NCBI RefSeq assembly: GCF_009914755.1
Contig: NC_060937.1
From: the human T2T-CHM13v2.0 reference genome, Homo sapiens
DNA: 64,000 nucleotides
Strand: one strand, 5' to 3'
Positions 47,660 through 62,638 of this stretch are shown here, in pieces. The notes beneath the pieces are model-generated. The model was not told the origin of the DNA and did no database searches. It was given only the letters and a program-made list of their open reading frames with translations. Numbering within the stretch: the first letter of the stretch is position 1; each line of letters begins with the position of its first letter. Position numbers and translations under genes: made by a program.

Positions 47660-49016
47660 AAAAGTTTCTTGTGGCAGGGTCGACACTAGATTGCAGGGAT
47701 ACAAGAATAGAACTAGGTGGTGATTTTTGCGGTTCAGCTGAGAGATGACAGTAGCTTGGATCAAGTGGTAGTGGTAGAGAGAGAAAGAAGTGGACAGATT
47801 CACAGCATGGTATGGAGTTGACATAATTTACTGAAGTATTGGCTGTGAGTATGAGGGAAAGAGAATCTTCAAGAGTGACATATAGGAAATTAGATATGAA
47901 CATAAATATGCCTAAATAAAATCTTAGTTGGGAAATTATCAATCAAGATTTCTATTTTGTACATGTTAAGTTTGACATTCCTGTCGAAGAGGGGTGTCAG
48001 GGAAGCAGTTTGATGGTGTTGTGGGTTGAACTGTACCCCTCTTGCCCGTCCCAAAAGATGTTGCAGACCTAATCTCCTGAAATAGGGTCTTTGCAGTTGA
48101 TGAAGTTAAGACACGGTTTTTAGGGTGGTCCCTAATATATGAATATGTCCTTGTACAAATGTAACATTTGGGCAGAGATAGACACACAAAGAAGGAATTG
48201 GAAGTGAAGACATAGGGAAAACACCATCTACAAGCCACGGAACGCCCGAAGCTATGAGAAGACAGCAGAGAGGAATGGGCTAGATTCTGCCTCACAGCCC
48301 TCGGAAGGAACCAACCTTGCCAACACCTTAATTTCAGACTCCTGGCCTCCAGAATTGTGAAACAATAAATTTTACGTCGTTTAAGCTACTTGGTTTGTGG
48401 TACTTTGCCATGGCAGCCCCATGAAACCAGTACAGGATAGAGATACATGAGGAGATGTCGGAAGTGGAAACAGTGGAGATACACATTTTGGAATCCCGTG
48501 CATGTAAGTTGCATTTAGAGCCATGTGACTGGAGGAAATCACCTCGGTAGTGAGAAAAGAGGAAGAAGGGGATAAGATTCAGGAATCAGAACGGAGACTA
48601 GAAAACGCCTATATTTAGAGACTAAGTAGAGGGTGCAAAATCACCAAAGGAGAATGGGAGAATGATGGCCAGAGCGGGTGGAAAGAAACCAGGAGAGTAT
48701 GGCATCATGGTGATCAACAAAGTAAAGCTTTTTTTTCTTTTTAAAGTGGATAGCTGCCAAGATGATAAGCAGGATGAAGTCAAGAGGGATGGCTGCTTTT
48801 GGAAACTTGAGACTCCTTATTAACTTGAGAACCCCACATTCTTTTGTTCTAAGGGGGCTCAAGATAGACTTGCAGGGGAAGGAAGTGAGGACCATAATAT
48901 ATAGAAAGCTCATAAGATTATTTGTTCTGAAGGAGATAAGAAAACCAAGTGAGAGCTAGAAGAAGATACGAGTCCAAGAGGCAGTTTTAAAAGATGGAGG
49001 ACACTGATGTTGGATG
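47660..49016 (-). mobile_element. L2 remnant (continuation of 44790-45750), split by MLT1
   Basis: Purine-rich L2 antisense motifs (gtacatgttaagtttgacatt, gagacacattttggaatc, aaaccaggagagtatggcatcatgg). Confidence 0.6.
48017..48434 (+). mobile_element. MLT1B/C-like MaLR LTR
   Basis: tgttgtgggttgaactgt…gaaggaaccaaccttgccaacacc…ggcctccagaattgtgaaacaataaat…taca. Confidence 0.85.
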
Positions 49017-49331
49017 TGTTACCAAAACACCAGGAGTTTGGTCTAGGACTTGCTGCTCGCTGCACGGAAAACCAGTCACTGAGACAACCAAGGAAGAAGG
49101 CTTTAATCAGGTGCTGCCGCCAAAGAAATGGGAACTCAGTCTCAAGTCCATCTCCCTGACTGACTAAAACTATAGCAGGCAAGAAATATAGCAATGTGTA
49201 AGAAAACAGGAGCTAGGAAGGGGCAAGGAGGCACCTGGTGCCCTGACCTGGTGAGTTTCAGTTCTTTAATACTTTTTTTGAGAGGCCTGAAGGTCCTTTC
49301 CTGAGAAAGAACTCAGATAAAACAAATGCAG
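49017..49331 (-). mobile_element. ERV1 LTR fragment (MER57-like)
   Basis: tgttaccaaaacaccaggagtttggtctagg…ggaagaaggctttaatcaggtgctgc. Confidence 0.65.
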
Positions 49332-51789
49332 TCCTAAGTGAGCTAAAATCCTCAGTAGAAGAAGGTAAGTGATCAGGGGAGGTTAGTAATAACATCAAAA
49401 ACAAAAGGTGGATGTGTGGTCTGGTGTCATGAAAGTCAGAAGGGTGAGGGCTTTTGAAGGAAGAAGGAAAATAAATGACTTAAAACCAGCACTCTGGTCC
49501 AATTTCAGGCTGTTGGGTACCGAGATGAATGAGGACAAACAGCCTCCTACTTAGAAGGCTGCAGAGATCACTGTGACCTGTGCACAGAACCCCTCAGTTG
49601 TACTGGCCCCTCCCAGGGTGGCTGTGGACCTTCTACATTTCTCATTTTTACTGCCATTGCCCCAGGTATTTTGTAGTTTATTTATTTTCTTTTCATTAAG
49701 GGTGCTCTCCAAATTGTATGTTTCAGGACTCCAAAAACCCTGGATTCACCCTTGCTTGAAGGGATGGGTGGGGTGGGAGTGCTGATAGTTTCAGTAACTT
49801 ACACTTACAGTCAAGAGAGCTTTCAGAGAAAAGGTTGACAAGTAGGGAATTTGCCAATTGTGCATAGTGAGATTTAGAGTCTACTAAAAAGACAGAATCA
49901 ACTTCCCAGGGGACATATATTCTGCAGAAAAAAATTGGAACCCAGATCTTTGAGACTCCCCTTTGGAAGTTCTATTTTGAAGCAAGGCATTCCACCTCTG
50001 TCACTTGCCCTTGAGAATGGCACTTCCGTGGCCCACTGGTTGAATGGCTTGATTCAAAAACATACAAATAAAAATAAACCATTGATAGTTTCCTGTCTCG
50101 GTGTATGCAAAGATTTTTTTTTTACGTAGGGCAAAGTGCTAATTTAAAGGGGAACAATAATAAATTGATCTACATTAAAATTAACAACTGCTCATCAAAA
50201 GGCACCATTTAGGAGAGTAAAAAAGTGCGCTACAGACTGGGAGAAGATACTCCTTGCAATATTATGCTGACAAAGGACTTGTATGAAGAACAGAAAAAAC
50301 TGCAATCAAAATATGATTTTTGTTGAGTTTCATTCCAGTCCTTGCCTGATACATATGTTTTCATTTTATTACTGTGTTTCTGCTTTGTTTCACAGAAATA
50401 GGATCACTCTGTACATGTTGGTTTGTACCCTTTCTCTCCCCCACCTCTGTTTAGTTGTGTATTACAAATAATTGAATCTTAGCACTGTAAGACACAGATG
50501 ATATCCTTTAGTCTAAACATTTCTTGCAGGGTCCTGGAGCAGCAAAGTGACTTGTCCAGGCTTGTGTAATTGAATGATAACGGGGGAGCACTGTGTCCTG
50601 GCCCTCGTCCACTCTCTTCATCCAGGGAGAGAAAGTCTTATAGAGGGCCCCGAGTTCATCCTTTGCTCTCCCTCTGGGCTGTACCCAGTTGGGTGCCTAC
50701 CTTTAGAAAAAAATATTTGTGAAGGTAGGTTTCATGATTTCCTTTACTAGCTCATTTTTTGGGGGTGTCCAGATTCCTGCAGGGATGAAATTTTGATGAA
50801 TTATTGTATTCCTGTGTCCCCAGGATAAAAAGGAAAAACTCTTCAGGAGCAAGAAGGAAAAGAAACATTCACTGGGAAGAAAGGCTCAGGTTGCAAACTT
50901 CTCTTGCTTATTTATTGAGGTTAAAAGTTAAACTGGATTAGGACAATCATATTTTTCTGACACATTGAATTTCTTCTTAAGAAAACATATTTAGCTTTTT
51001 TTTTTTCATGAATCATTTCAGTCGAAGAGCCAGGAGTTATGTTCTTATGCTGGGTAGAAACACTGAAGGCCCCTTTGTGAAGGACTTAGCTAGCTACATG
51101 TATTTATTTGGCTCATTTTGTTTTTCTCCCTGGGTTAAATTTTGACTTAAATATTTGTATGTGGAGCAGGAGGTAAGGCAGTCAGGCTCATTTTTGTGAT
51201 TTTCCACAGATAAAATTAGCACTAAATTTATGGGCATAGTGGCATTGTTCTGCAAGCTGTGGCCTGGAAGGTTTTCTTGTGGTTGTCACCATTTCCTCCT
51301 CTCCCAGTTTCCTCCAACTATGCTTTCTCTGGGTTCCCAAGAACTGGCTCACTTTGTGCTGGTGAGTGAGATGAAAGAGGGCTGAAAAGCAAACTAAGAG
51401 CTGCCCACCTTCTGAATAGCAACATCATGATACTAAGAAATCTCCCCCTCAACTAGACTGCCATTCTGCAAAGCCTCTTTATGCCATGACATATGTGAAC
51501 CTTCATTCCAAGTGATCTTTCTGTCTGCAGAGGTCCACACAGCCACTGGATGTAGGGATTTCCCACTGACTTTGTCAATGTCTTGAAGTTTCAAGTACAG
51601 AGCACATTTTCCATTTAGATTTTCATTAGAATGTAAATAAGGCTGGTTTTTGAACTGTGGATTAAATTTCACATCCACCTACCGAAAATGGCCAGACATT
51701 ACTTACCATGACATCTTCTCCTTTATAATGGGAAAATGAAGGGGAGCAGGAAAATTCCTTTATTGTTTTCATCCTGATTATAATAATTT

Positions 51790-52680
51790 AGAAAATTAGA
51801 CAAATATAAAGGAGAAAGTAAAAATTTTTGTAATCTCACCACTGAAAAATAATGTTGACATAATTTTGGTTTGTATTCTTTTAAAAAATGGGATCCTACT
51901 ATAAATATTCTTTCTGTGACTAGCTTTTTCAGTTACATATATATTGGCCTTTTTGTATGTCAATAAAAATAAATTTGCATTCTTACCAAATGAAGAACAT
52001 TCCATATATAAATGTACCATTTGTATTTAATTAACTCAGTATTGATTGACAGTTGGACTCTTCCCAATTTTCACCAAGTAGTCAATCCCTGTGGTGAAAA
52101 TCTTTATCATATCCTGTGCTCTTTTCCAATCCATTGCTAAGAAGTAATTCTTAGAAGGGGAATTTCCATGTCAAATGATTTGTACACCACTAAGGCTTTT
52201 AATACATGTTACTGTATTTCTTTATAGGAAATTTTTACTGACTTAGACTGTCACCAACAAATGCACAAAAGTGACTTGTTGCCATCATCTTCATCAGTTG
52301 TAGGCATGATCACTCTAAAAACCCTTTCTTAGTCTACTGGGTGAAAGTGCTGTATCCCATTATTACATGTTAATTTGAATTTATTTGTCAGTGAGATAGA
52401 ATATCTTATTTTCTATTTGACTGTGTTATGATGTAAATTCTCTTTTCAAGTCTTTGCCATTTTTTCTATGGGAGACGATTTTAAAAATTGATTTGTGAGA
52501 ACTCATGTATTAATTGTAGTAATCTTTTGTCTATCAAGTATTTTACATATTCTGTTTCTAATTTTGTGTATAGTATAGTGGGTTTTGCTCTACAGAAAAT
52601 TTCATTCTCATGTAGTTAAATCTAAAATGTTTTTCATAATGATTTCTGCCTTTGGGTGCCATGCTCAGAAATTCTTCTAA
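51790..52680 (-). mobile_element. Old L1 (L1MC/ME) 3' region
   Basis: cattccatatataaatgtaccat…ttgactgtcaccaacaa…gatttgtgagaactc, decayed L1 antisense. Confidence 0.6.
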
Positions 52681-53558
52681 ACTAGTTTTTTAAAGTAAAT
52701 GCACAAATAGGCACAAGCCTCCTTGTGCATGTGAATAGATTAGTAATAGAAGGGTCTTCAGATTACTAGAAGGCTTCAGGCTGAATATTTTTTAAATATA
52801 GAATTTACAGAAATTTTTACTCATGGAAATTTACTGATGGTAAGTCTATGCAAGACAAAAAAATCTGTGATTCACAATTATGGATTTGTAACTGTGATTA
52901 TAATTATAATTTGTAATTTGTGACTATAATTTCTTAGGGATTATCATATTTAAAATAATCTTTGCTCTGGCATTTGGCATTGAAAGCCATCTATTCTATC
53001 AGTCTTTATTCCATGCCAAGATATCCATTTTGTTTTTCCTGTGAGTAATAAGTTCAATAGAAGTAAGGCCGAGTAAATAAATAATATTGAGAAGCACAAT
53101 GCTTACAGTTCTATTTAAAGTGGTATAGTGTCATCATAACAAAAATCAGTACATTTATACTTCATAAACTAATGATGTTTAAATTATCTTAAGTATTATT
53201 TTCATAACTTACTAGGGTTACAAAAAGTAATAGATTTGAATTTCCTCACAAGCTTCAATTAATCCAGAAATCTCAGTTTTTAACCAACAGAAGGCATAAT
53301 CACAGTTTCTCTCTTTCTTGAAAATATTATAAATGTTGTAGCTAATTGAGGAAAAGAAGGGAGAATAGAGGAGAGGAGAGACATAATAAAACAGACAGGA
53401 AGAACAGTATAGACATTGGTATTTTCCGTATGGCCTCATTCTTTAATTCTGTGCAACGAACTCATCTCCAGGGTACAGGACATCAGAATTCAAAATGTTC
53501 AAAATGAGCTAGGTGTTAAAATCTGACAGCAATTCTGAAAAAAATTGCATAATATTTA

Positions 53559-53876
<318 letters not shown>

Positions 53877-53987
53877 TCATTTTCTAGTCAATCAAAATAA
53901 GATCCTTTTATCTTCCTTATCAGATTTGGAAGGAGCTTCCAAACCATCGAGGGCACAGCATAAGCACACTTGATGTCAGAGTTATCC

Positions 53988-54121
53988 ATCCTGCCCTGGC
54001 CATCCATGACTGCCCACCAGTGACCCTGCCCATCACTGACTGCCTGCCAGTGACCCCGCCCAGCAGTGACTGCCCAGCAGATACTGCCCACCAGTGACCC
54101 TGCCCACCAGTGGCCCAGCAC
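53988..54121. repeat. GC-rich minisatellite, ~15-17-bp degenerate units
   Basis: Repeats of (cc)tgcccaccagtgac. Confidence 0.88.
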
Positions 54122-56165
54122 AGGTTTCCATTTGCTTTGGTCATCTTTCGGTCTTGCAAATCTTTCTTCCTTTCTCTCTTTTGCTATATTATGATCCATT
54201 AATAAAATGCCACTAGAAAATTTTCTGTGAAAACATTTCATAGTTTAGATGCCAATCTGTGTAATTTATTCAGATTGCAGATAAAATATTCAGTATCTTC
54301 TGCTGCATTGCATATAACCTGGGTTCCAAGTCAAAGACATATTAAAATTGTGATTATAATTATAATTTGTAATTTGTGATTATAATTTCTTAGGAATTAT
54401 TAGATTTAAAATAATCTTTGCTCTAGGAAAAATTAAGTGTAAAATGCTATATGTAGGATGAATGTATTTATTATCCAAACCAGGAGATCTTTGAAAGTGA
54501 AGGGATGGAAAGGACTATCAATAAGTAAGCCAGAATAACAGAAATAAACTGGAAGTGTCCCAGGCAAGCTAGGGCGTAGGATCCCCTTGTTTGGAAAGAG
54601 ATTTTAAAATACCATGTGTGGATATTGTCATCATTGAATACAAACTGCTCTTGAGATTTTCTGTTTAAATGGATCCCTTTTAAAGGCTCTGATATCTTAA
54701 GGAAGGAGGAGATAATAGATGCTATATGCAACTCTATTATCTGGCCATCTTTCATTGAATTGTAGGCTTCCTAAGACGTAATTTGTTTTACTTTTTTTTC
54801 AAAAGGTTAAGGAATAAACAGCTTAAAAAATGGCAGATTTATAGAAAGATACCACCACTGTAAAGGCTTTTAAAGCCTGTGTTTATGCTTTCTTCAATTG
54901 TGTGTTTGCTTATTTTTGATGATTGTGAAATATTTGTAAGTATTTGGTTATTGACTCACTGGATTAGAATGTAGTTTGTATATGGTAAATACAAAAAGCA
55001 GTAATAACTACGGGGCACTATTAATAAGCAGAAATAATAATAGTTATTCCACATATATTATCTTTAATTTTTATAAAAACCTTGTAATGTACCGTTAGCC
55101 CCATTGTATAGAGAAGAAAATGAGGTTCCCTAGCTCGATGAAGGCCACAAAGTTAAGACTAAACAGGCTGACTGTCTGAATCTAAAACCCACGATCTTCA
55201 CTACACGTTGTCTTTTTCTTAAGAAATATCTTGAGATTGTCCTTGTCTAATGTCCATCTTCATCTCCAATTTTTTCTGGGATGATTAAAGACCCATAATT
55301 ACAGTATAATATTATTCCTAGCTTTAGCTTCTACAACTGATGGTTGTATGCCAGAGACAGCAGTGACGTTATTTACTCAATCGCAGTAGTTTTGGAGGTT
55401 ATAATGGACTAAAATGAATAATTTTTTCCTAAACACACTGCATCGCTGCTCATTCCATTTCCCATAATGGCTAACTGACTTGGTAGCCAGTGTCAACCAC
55501 TTCTTACATATTCTGGGCTACTGTATCCCACAGCCACAGCATCTTCCTGAGCCCTATTTAGATAACAAGTAGTAACAGGCCCCTGATTACTGTGGAAATT
55601 GTTCATAGGAACACAGGTCTAACGAGTGGTAATGACACATGGGTGAGCATAAACATCATGCCATTGCTTTTACGTAACAACAATAACCTCACTCACGAAA
55701 CCTGCCTCGGTGTGTTTGTATCCAGGAGGCAAGCCAAATCAGTCTCCTACAGGACCTGAGATCCAGGAATATTGGGAACAGTGGTGCTGAAAAATCCTAG
55801 CAACTGTTATCTGTATTCCCATAAAGACGGACCTATAATCCACCTGCTACTACATTCTAGAGCCACTCTGAAGTAAAAGGGTATGTTCTTGGTTTTAAGG
55901 TATTTGCAATCTACCTGAACGCAAAATTGACCTTTTTCAAGTTGCTTTCTTTCCACATCCCATGAAATTTAGCATGCTGGATTGAAGCATTTCTTAGAAC
56001 GCGTTCCAGTTGTATTTCTCTTTCTAACTTGATCTTCTCGTCTGCCTATCACATCAAACATATCAACATTCTCCTGATCCTAAAAAACAAAACTACAAAA
56101 ATTATAATAAAAATTTCATATTCCTTTAACAATGCCTCCACTCAAATTCTTGCCTTGTATCCAAC

Positions 56166-56287
56166 TTTCTATTTTTATTTTTACAGACAGGGTCGTGCTC
56201 TAACCTTGAATGCCTGGGCTCAAGTGATCCTCCCACCTTAGCCTCCGGAGTAGTTGGAACTATAGGCATGCACCACCACACGTGGCC
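56166..56287 (-). mobile_element. Alu monomer (FLAM_A/FAM-like)
   Basis: cctgggctcaagtgatcctcccaccttagcctcc…caccaccacacgtggcc, single arm. Confidence 0.75.
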
Positions 56288-57403
56288 TTTAGCTTTTTAT
56301 TGATGTTGTCATACATTTTTTATACTTCTTCTTTTATTTAAAAATAGTTTTAAGGAATTTTTATTTTATTTTTGAACAATCCCAGCCTTTTAGAAATTGT
56401 GCAAGTATGGTATAGAGCACTGTTTCTTCCAGAACTACTTGAGAGTAAATTACCAACATTACCCTTAAATATTTATTATTTGGGAAAGAGACCTCAATGA
56501 TGTTTCATCTTCGTCTTTCCCAGAGCAAGAAACCACACTGCTGTATTCATAGCTCTGCATTTGGAACTGCCGAGCCCTAGGTGTGTATATCTTAACTTTA
56601 CTAGGCAATGCCCAAGTGTTCTCCAAAGTGTCTCTCAGACTTTCTGAAATAGTCTTGTGGCCTCCACTTTTCTCATCAACAAATCTCTCTTAAACTCCAA
56701 ATAGTGGGCTCTGTTCCTGCCCCTCTACAGGAAGGGTCCCTGTGAAAATCATACCAGATCCCTTACTGTCCACAATAAAATATTCTTATTGTCTATCATC
56801 ATCCTCTTTTTTTTTTTGAAACTCTGTTTTTACAATTAGTTTCATTCACTTATGTTCAATTAATGAACACAAATGTTATTGGTTGAACACCTGTTATGAT
56901 TCGAGCATTGTATATTCAATGGTGAATAAAACAGAGAAACTCTTTGCTTTTTGGAACTAACATCAAACTGAATTAATTTACCTAAACCACAGATCGGATC
57001 ATGTTATCAAATACTTTTAATACCTTCTTCTAACTTAAGAAAAAACCTTTATAATCCTTCATTCTGCATCCTCCTAAAATGATAATATCCTACCAGCCTT
57101 GCCCTCTGTTACTATCATACCTGACATCAATGAATTCCAAACAGTGGGCCAAGACCTCTGCCTGGGAGAACCAAGTTAGTATGCCAGTGGAGCCATGAAT
57201 CAATGTATATTTCAGTAGTAGACTGAATAAGTAATATGCCTTGTACATCTAATCTTGATATTGTTCAAATTTATATAGATGTTGTTGTAAATTTATTCCA
57301 AAGTGAATTCAGAGTAACTTGGAAGTCATACATTGATTTCCATGAAATGCTGCTAAAAGTATGATATCATTTCGGGGGTGGGGTGGAATGCAAACCCTTT
57401 TGA

Positions 57404-57771
<368 letters not shown>

Positions 57772-58956
57772 CAAATGTGGGCCTTTTTTTCGCCCTCACT
57801 ACTCTGCCTCTAAGACTCTGTTAAAGCTGATTGTCCTGTGGTGTTAGCTTCACCTGCAAGAATCCTGTCCAAGGTTCAGTTTTGATTTCAGAAAGCTCCT
57901 CCTCCAAAGTGTCCGTTCATGTTGTAATCTATTCCTGTGCTATGCTTTCCCATGGTTGTCCCAGTCCTATGTGTAAAAGACTAGGTTTTCCTTGTCTTTC
58001 TATCCCCTGAAACTCCTAGCATAGTGCTGGCACATATGAGCAGAAAAATTATTGTACAATTGACATAAAGATTGTCAATGAATAGTCATCATCAAGTATA
58101 TAACATAATTACAGTCCCCTACATTAGAGCCAATAGAAGTTAAGTAATGTATTTCAAGTAATGTTTATTTTATTGGAAAAAATAATGCATAAGTTCATTA
58201 TTAGGCTACTTTAGGGCTTTTAGAACTCTAGAATTCCCTCTGCTTTTAAATTATTTTTAGCCCTTACACCTAATGCAAAAGAAGGTAAATTATGTCATGC
58301 TTATTTCAGAGGCAAAATAAATTTCCCCTTCCAGATGATTAATATAATAATACTCTTCCCTCAAACAATGTTGCCTGATTAATGTATTTCTATGAAGGAT
58401 TAATCTGTGAAAGTTGAGGCAGGAGCTCAGACTTGGCACTGTGCTGTAACAGAAATCTTATTGTTACTTACTGTACAACTTTGATGGATCTTTAAGTTAT
58501 TATCAGGGACAAAGACCCTATCGTGTTCATCTCTGTGTTCTCTACTCCTAGCGAAGCCATACAGCTTTGCAGAGAATATGTGTTTAAAGCATCTGTTAGG
58601 TGAATACACATATGAATCGGCTAGAGGAAAAGCTCTTCCTGACCTGGATGTTGGGCCTAGTTAAGTAAAACAGACCCCTGTGAGATAATGACTTACAATC
58701 AAGGTCTAATAGGTAAGACAGACCTTCATTTCTATTTATCTAAGAGAGAAGCATTTGGCTTTTTTCTATCTTGTTAAAGGTATCTGATAAATCTTTTCTC
58801 CATTCACAGAGAATTGTAACAAATTTTTATCAAACAAAGATATATGCCTTCTTTGCGTAACCAGCATTCATTCAAATTATCCAGCACTTTCAGATCTGTT
58901 ACATTTAGGAAGGTGTTCATCTGAGAATAGGAAACTGCAAAGCGATCCTTGGAAAG

Positions 58957-59290
58957 TGCTATGGTCTGAATGCTTGTGTACCCCCCAAAATTCATATGTT
59001 GAAACCTATTCACCAATGTGATGGCATTAGGAGGTGGGTAGAGCCTCATGAATGGGATGAGTACCCTGCTAAGGGGCTGAAAGCACTGGAGTTCTCCCTT
59101 TTCCACCTTGTGAGGACACAGTGAGAGGGCACCATCTATGAACTGGGAAACGGTGGCTCTCCAGACCCAAATCTGCTAGAGATTTGTCTTGGACTTCACA
59201 GTTTTTAGAACTGTGAGACATACATTTCTGTTGTTTATAAACTACTCAGTCCATGGTACTTTGTTATAACAACCCAAACGGGCTAAGACA
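58957..59290 (+). mobile_element. MLT1A-like MaLR LTR
   Basis: tgctatggtctgaatg…aaaattcatatgttgaaa…gctaagaca. Confidence 0.85.
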
Positions 59291-60087
59291 GAGACCTTCC
59301 AGAATTTCTGAATATTATTTTGGTCCGTATATATCGATCAAGGCAAACCAGTAAAGGGAAGTTCAGAAATTGATTTTTTTCTTGCTCTTTATGATTCATA
59401 TGTTAGAAGACAGTTTCTTATCAGTTAACATTCAGCAGATCACTTCTCTGTCAATTTAGAGAATAGTAATTGTGACTTTAACTGGCAAATCATCTCAAAA
59501 TTGTAAGTCATACTTCTTCAGAAAGAACAAGCTCTTCTTGTCGCAGTGCTAATAGCTTACTGAAGCAACATCATGAGGCCCAAATAAAAGACACTTTTTA
59601 TGGCAGGGTGTAGAAAGGCAAGGGCTGATGTTCCTGACGCAACTGTGATCCTGATTCAAAGCAGCTTGGTGGACACATGGAAACTAGCCCCCCTCCCACA
59701 GCAGAGCTAGGAGCAGGATTTAGGAAACCTAGAAGAAAGAAATGGGCCTACTGTCAGAATGATGGCCATACAAATTTGGAAACGAACACCTCATGGCAGT
59801 AGGATTAGGAAATATTCCTTAAGGTCAATTGATTCTATCATCAGACAAGCTATTTTTAAAAGTGTTTTTTAAAACTTCCATATAGTCTTACTGGGGCGCG
59901 GTGCTTATTTCTTCCTTCCTTTATCTTGGCAGAACATCCCTATAATAGATTTCCCACAAGGAAATGCCAAATTCTAACATCAAACAGTTATACCCAGAGC
60001 AAATAAAATTTTTCCACATTCTCCTTTGCAGACCAGTCATTGTTACTATTACCCATTATATTTGTAAGAATGTACCCAATTTCTTGA

Positions 60088-60432
<345 letters not shown>

Positions 60433-62274
60433 TAAACATATATTTTGAAAGATCTTCACTTAGTAAAAATCCAACCAAAGCAGTGAGTAAAGCTTGACAG
60501 TAAATGAGACAACAAATTACACACACTTCGAAGGTCACTAGGCCTTAACAGAAATGAGAATATTTCAAGACAGAGCTCTTTTCATGCAGCTCCTAAATCT
60601 AAGTGTGGGCTGGGAGGGGCAGGAGAGGCAGGAGGCCGCAAGGTGTCCCTGTCCTGGAGTACAGAGGGTCCATTTTAGGGTTAATTACAATGGCTGAGAA
60701 GATGCCCTGAGAGGAAGGTGATCTTTTCAGTCATCAGAATTTAAAGTCCAGCTTAACACTTGCTCTTATACTGAGAAACAAACATGGAGCATGGGCCGTC
60801 CTCAGCCACAGGTATGAGCTGTCAGCATCCTGAACTGGTCATTATCCATCTACCAGATCTTCAGATCTCTCTGAAATTGTTACCTATTACTGAACTCTAA
60901 TTCTAGGAGGTTGCTTGATTTTTCTTTATTAGTTGGGGGGAAAAAAGCAAGGATGACCTACTCTTTAGTTTCACCCTAAAATGCACCTCACACTGAATAA
61001 TCCAGAGAGTTAAATGGCATTTGCTGTCTTCAGTTTTCTAGTTTTTGTTCACAGCACGATTAACAAAGTAGAACATTCAGACTTGCATGTGATATCAATT
61101 CAGCAATATCAATGCTTTCCAGCACCTTTGGAAGGACAAAAATACTGACTACAAAGATGCTGCTTTCTCTCTTCTCATCCTTTTTAAAAAAAATACACTC
61201 AGAATGTCCATGGCATTTATTATTATTACTGCCATTTTGTGAGAAATGAACCATACTCACTAAAGATCCAATGATATGCTGAAGTGGTAAGATAATTCTC
61301 TAGATTTTATCCTACGTCACCAAAGCCCCAAAACTCCAAAGCATGATAGTGACAATATTAGTGGTTTCAAAGAATTGGCAAGTTTTAACAGATTGGTGTA
61401 AGAATCATGGGTATTTTAATAACAAATTATCATTCATTTAAAAGTAAATATCACCTACTAAGCTGTATCAGAACAAGACATTAGCACTTTATTTGATTCT
61501 TTAGGCAAAATCACATTAAACTTAAGTAATCCCTCCCAGGGATTGTGCTGAAACACCTGTTTTCTTAAGCAGCATGTCCTCCGTGAGAAATAAATTCAAA
61601 GTAAATAAATAGGACACGAGGCCATTTTATAATTTCTGCCAAGGTAAAACCAAAAAATACCTCCAAAGTTAAGCCAAATGAAAACAGAAATATGTGACAG
61701 GTTTGTCAACTGATAACCCTATGTTGTTAATTCAGGTTATCTCTATTTATCTAAAGTTGTTTGATTTAGTCTCATCTTATAAAATGTATGTAACTGAGTT
61801 GATGCCAAAACTACTTCATAATGTACTCGACTTTCTTTTAATCTTGCTAGGAATTCAGACAGAAAATATACTTTAAACATGTCAATATTATGTTTATTTT
61901 TAGCTTATTCATTTATAGAATGTCAGAGCAAATTAATATGGACCCAGAAAAGGCTAAACTTTAAGATGAGCATTTTTAAGACCTAATATAACATTTTACT
62001 TTCAAAATAGATACTTAAGTACCCCTTAAGTATCTTAATGTGTTTAGACTGTATTTCTTAACTATTTTTGAACAAAGATTTGATGAACTTCCCTACATAT
62101 GTCAATACCCAATTCACAGCAAAGGCATTTTAGAATTCTCTATCCTCCTATTTCCTTTTGCTCTAATCTTTAAGCCACAGCAGGTGTCATACCAAATATA
62201 TATTATTACTTGCAGATTCTCTGACTCCTCTCCAGATTGTCATATCTGGATGTCCATACTTTTGTGTATGTTCC

Positions 62275-62638
62275 TGTATTAGTCTGTTCTCACTCTGCTA
62301 ATAAAGACATACCCAAGGCTGGGTAATTTATAAAGGAAAGAGGTTTAATTGACTCACAGTTCAGCATGGCTGGGGAGGCCTCAGGAAACTTACAGTCATG
62401 GAGGAAGGGTATGCAAACACATCCTTCTTCACATGATGGCAGGAATGAAAAGTGGCAAGCAAAAGGGGAAAAGCCGCTTATAAAACCATCAGATCTCATG
62501 AGAACTCACTTACTATCATGAGAACAGCATGGAGGTAACCGCCCCCGTGATTCATTCACAGGTCTCTCCCATGACACGTGGGGATTATGGCAACTACAAT
62601 TCAAGATGAGATTTGGGTGGGGACACAGCCAAATATCA
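62275..62638 (-). mobile_element. THE1D-like MaLR solo LTR
   Basis: tgtattagtctgttctcac…gggacacagccaaatatca. Confidence 0.92.

Noticed and set aside
53888-54241. 117-aa ORF with repeated GQGHWW motifs
   Set aside because: Periodicity is simply the translation of the minisatellite; no promoter or homology evidence
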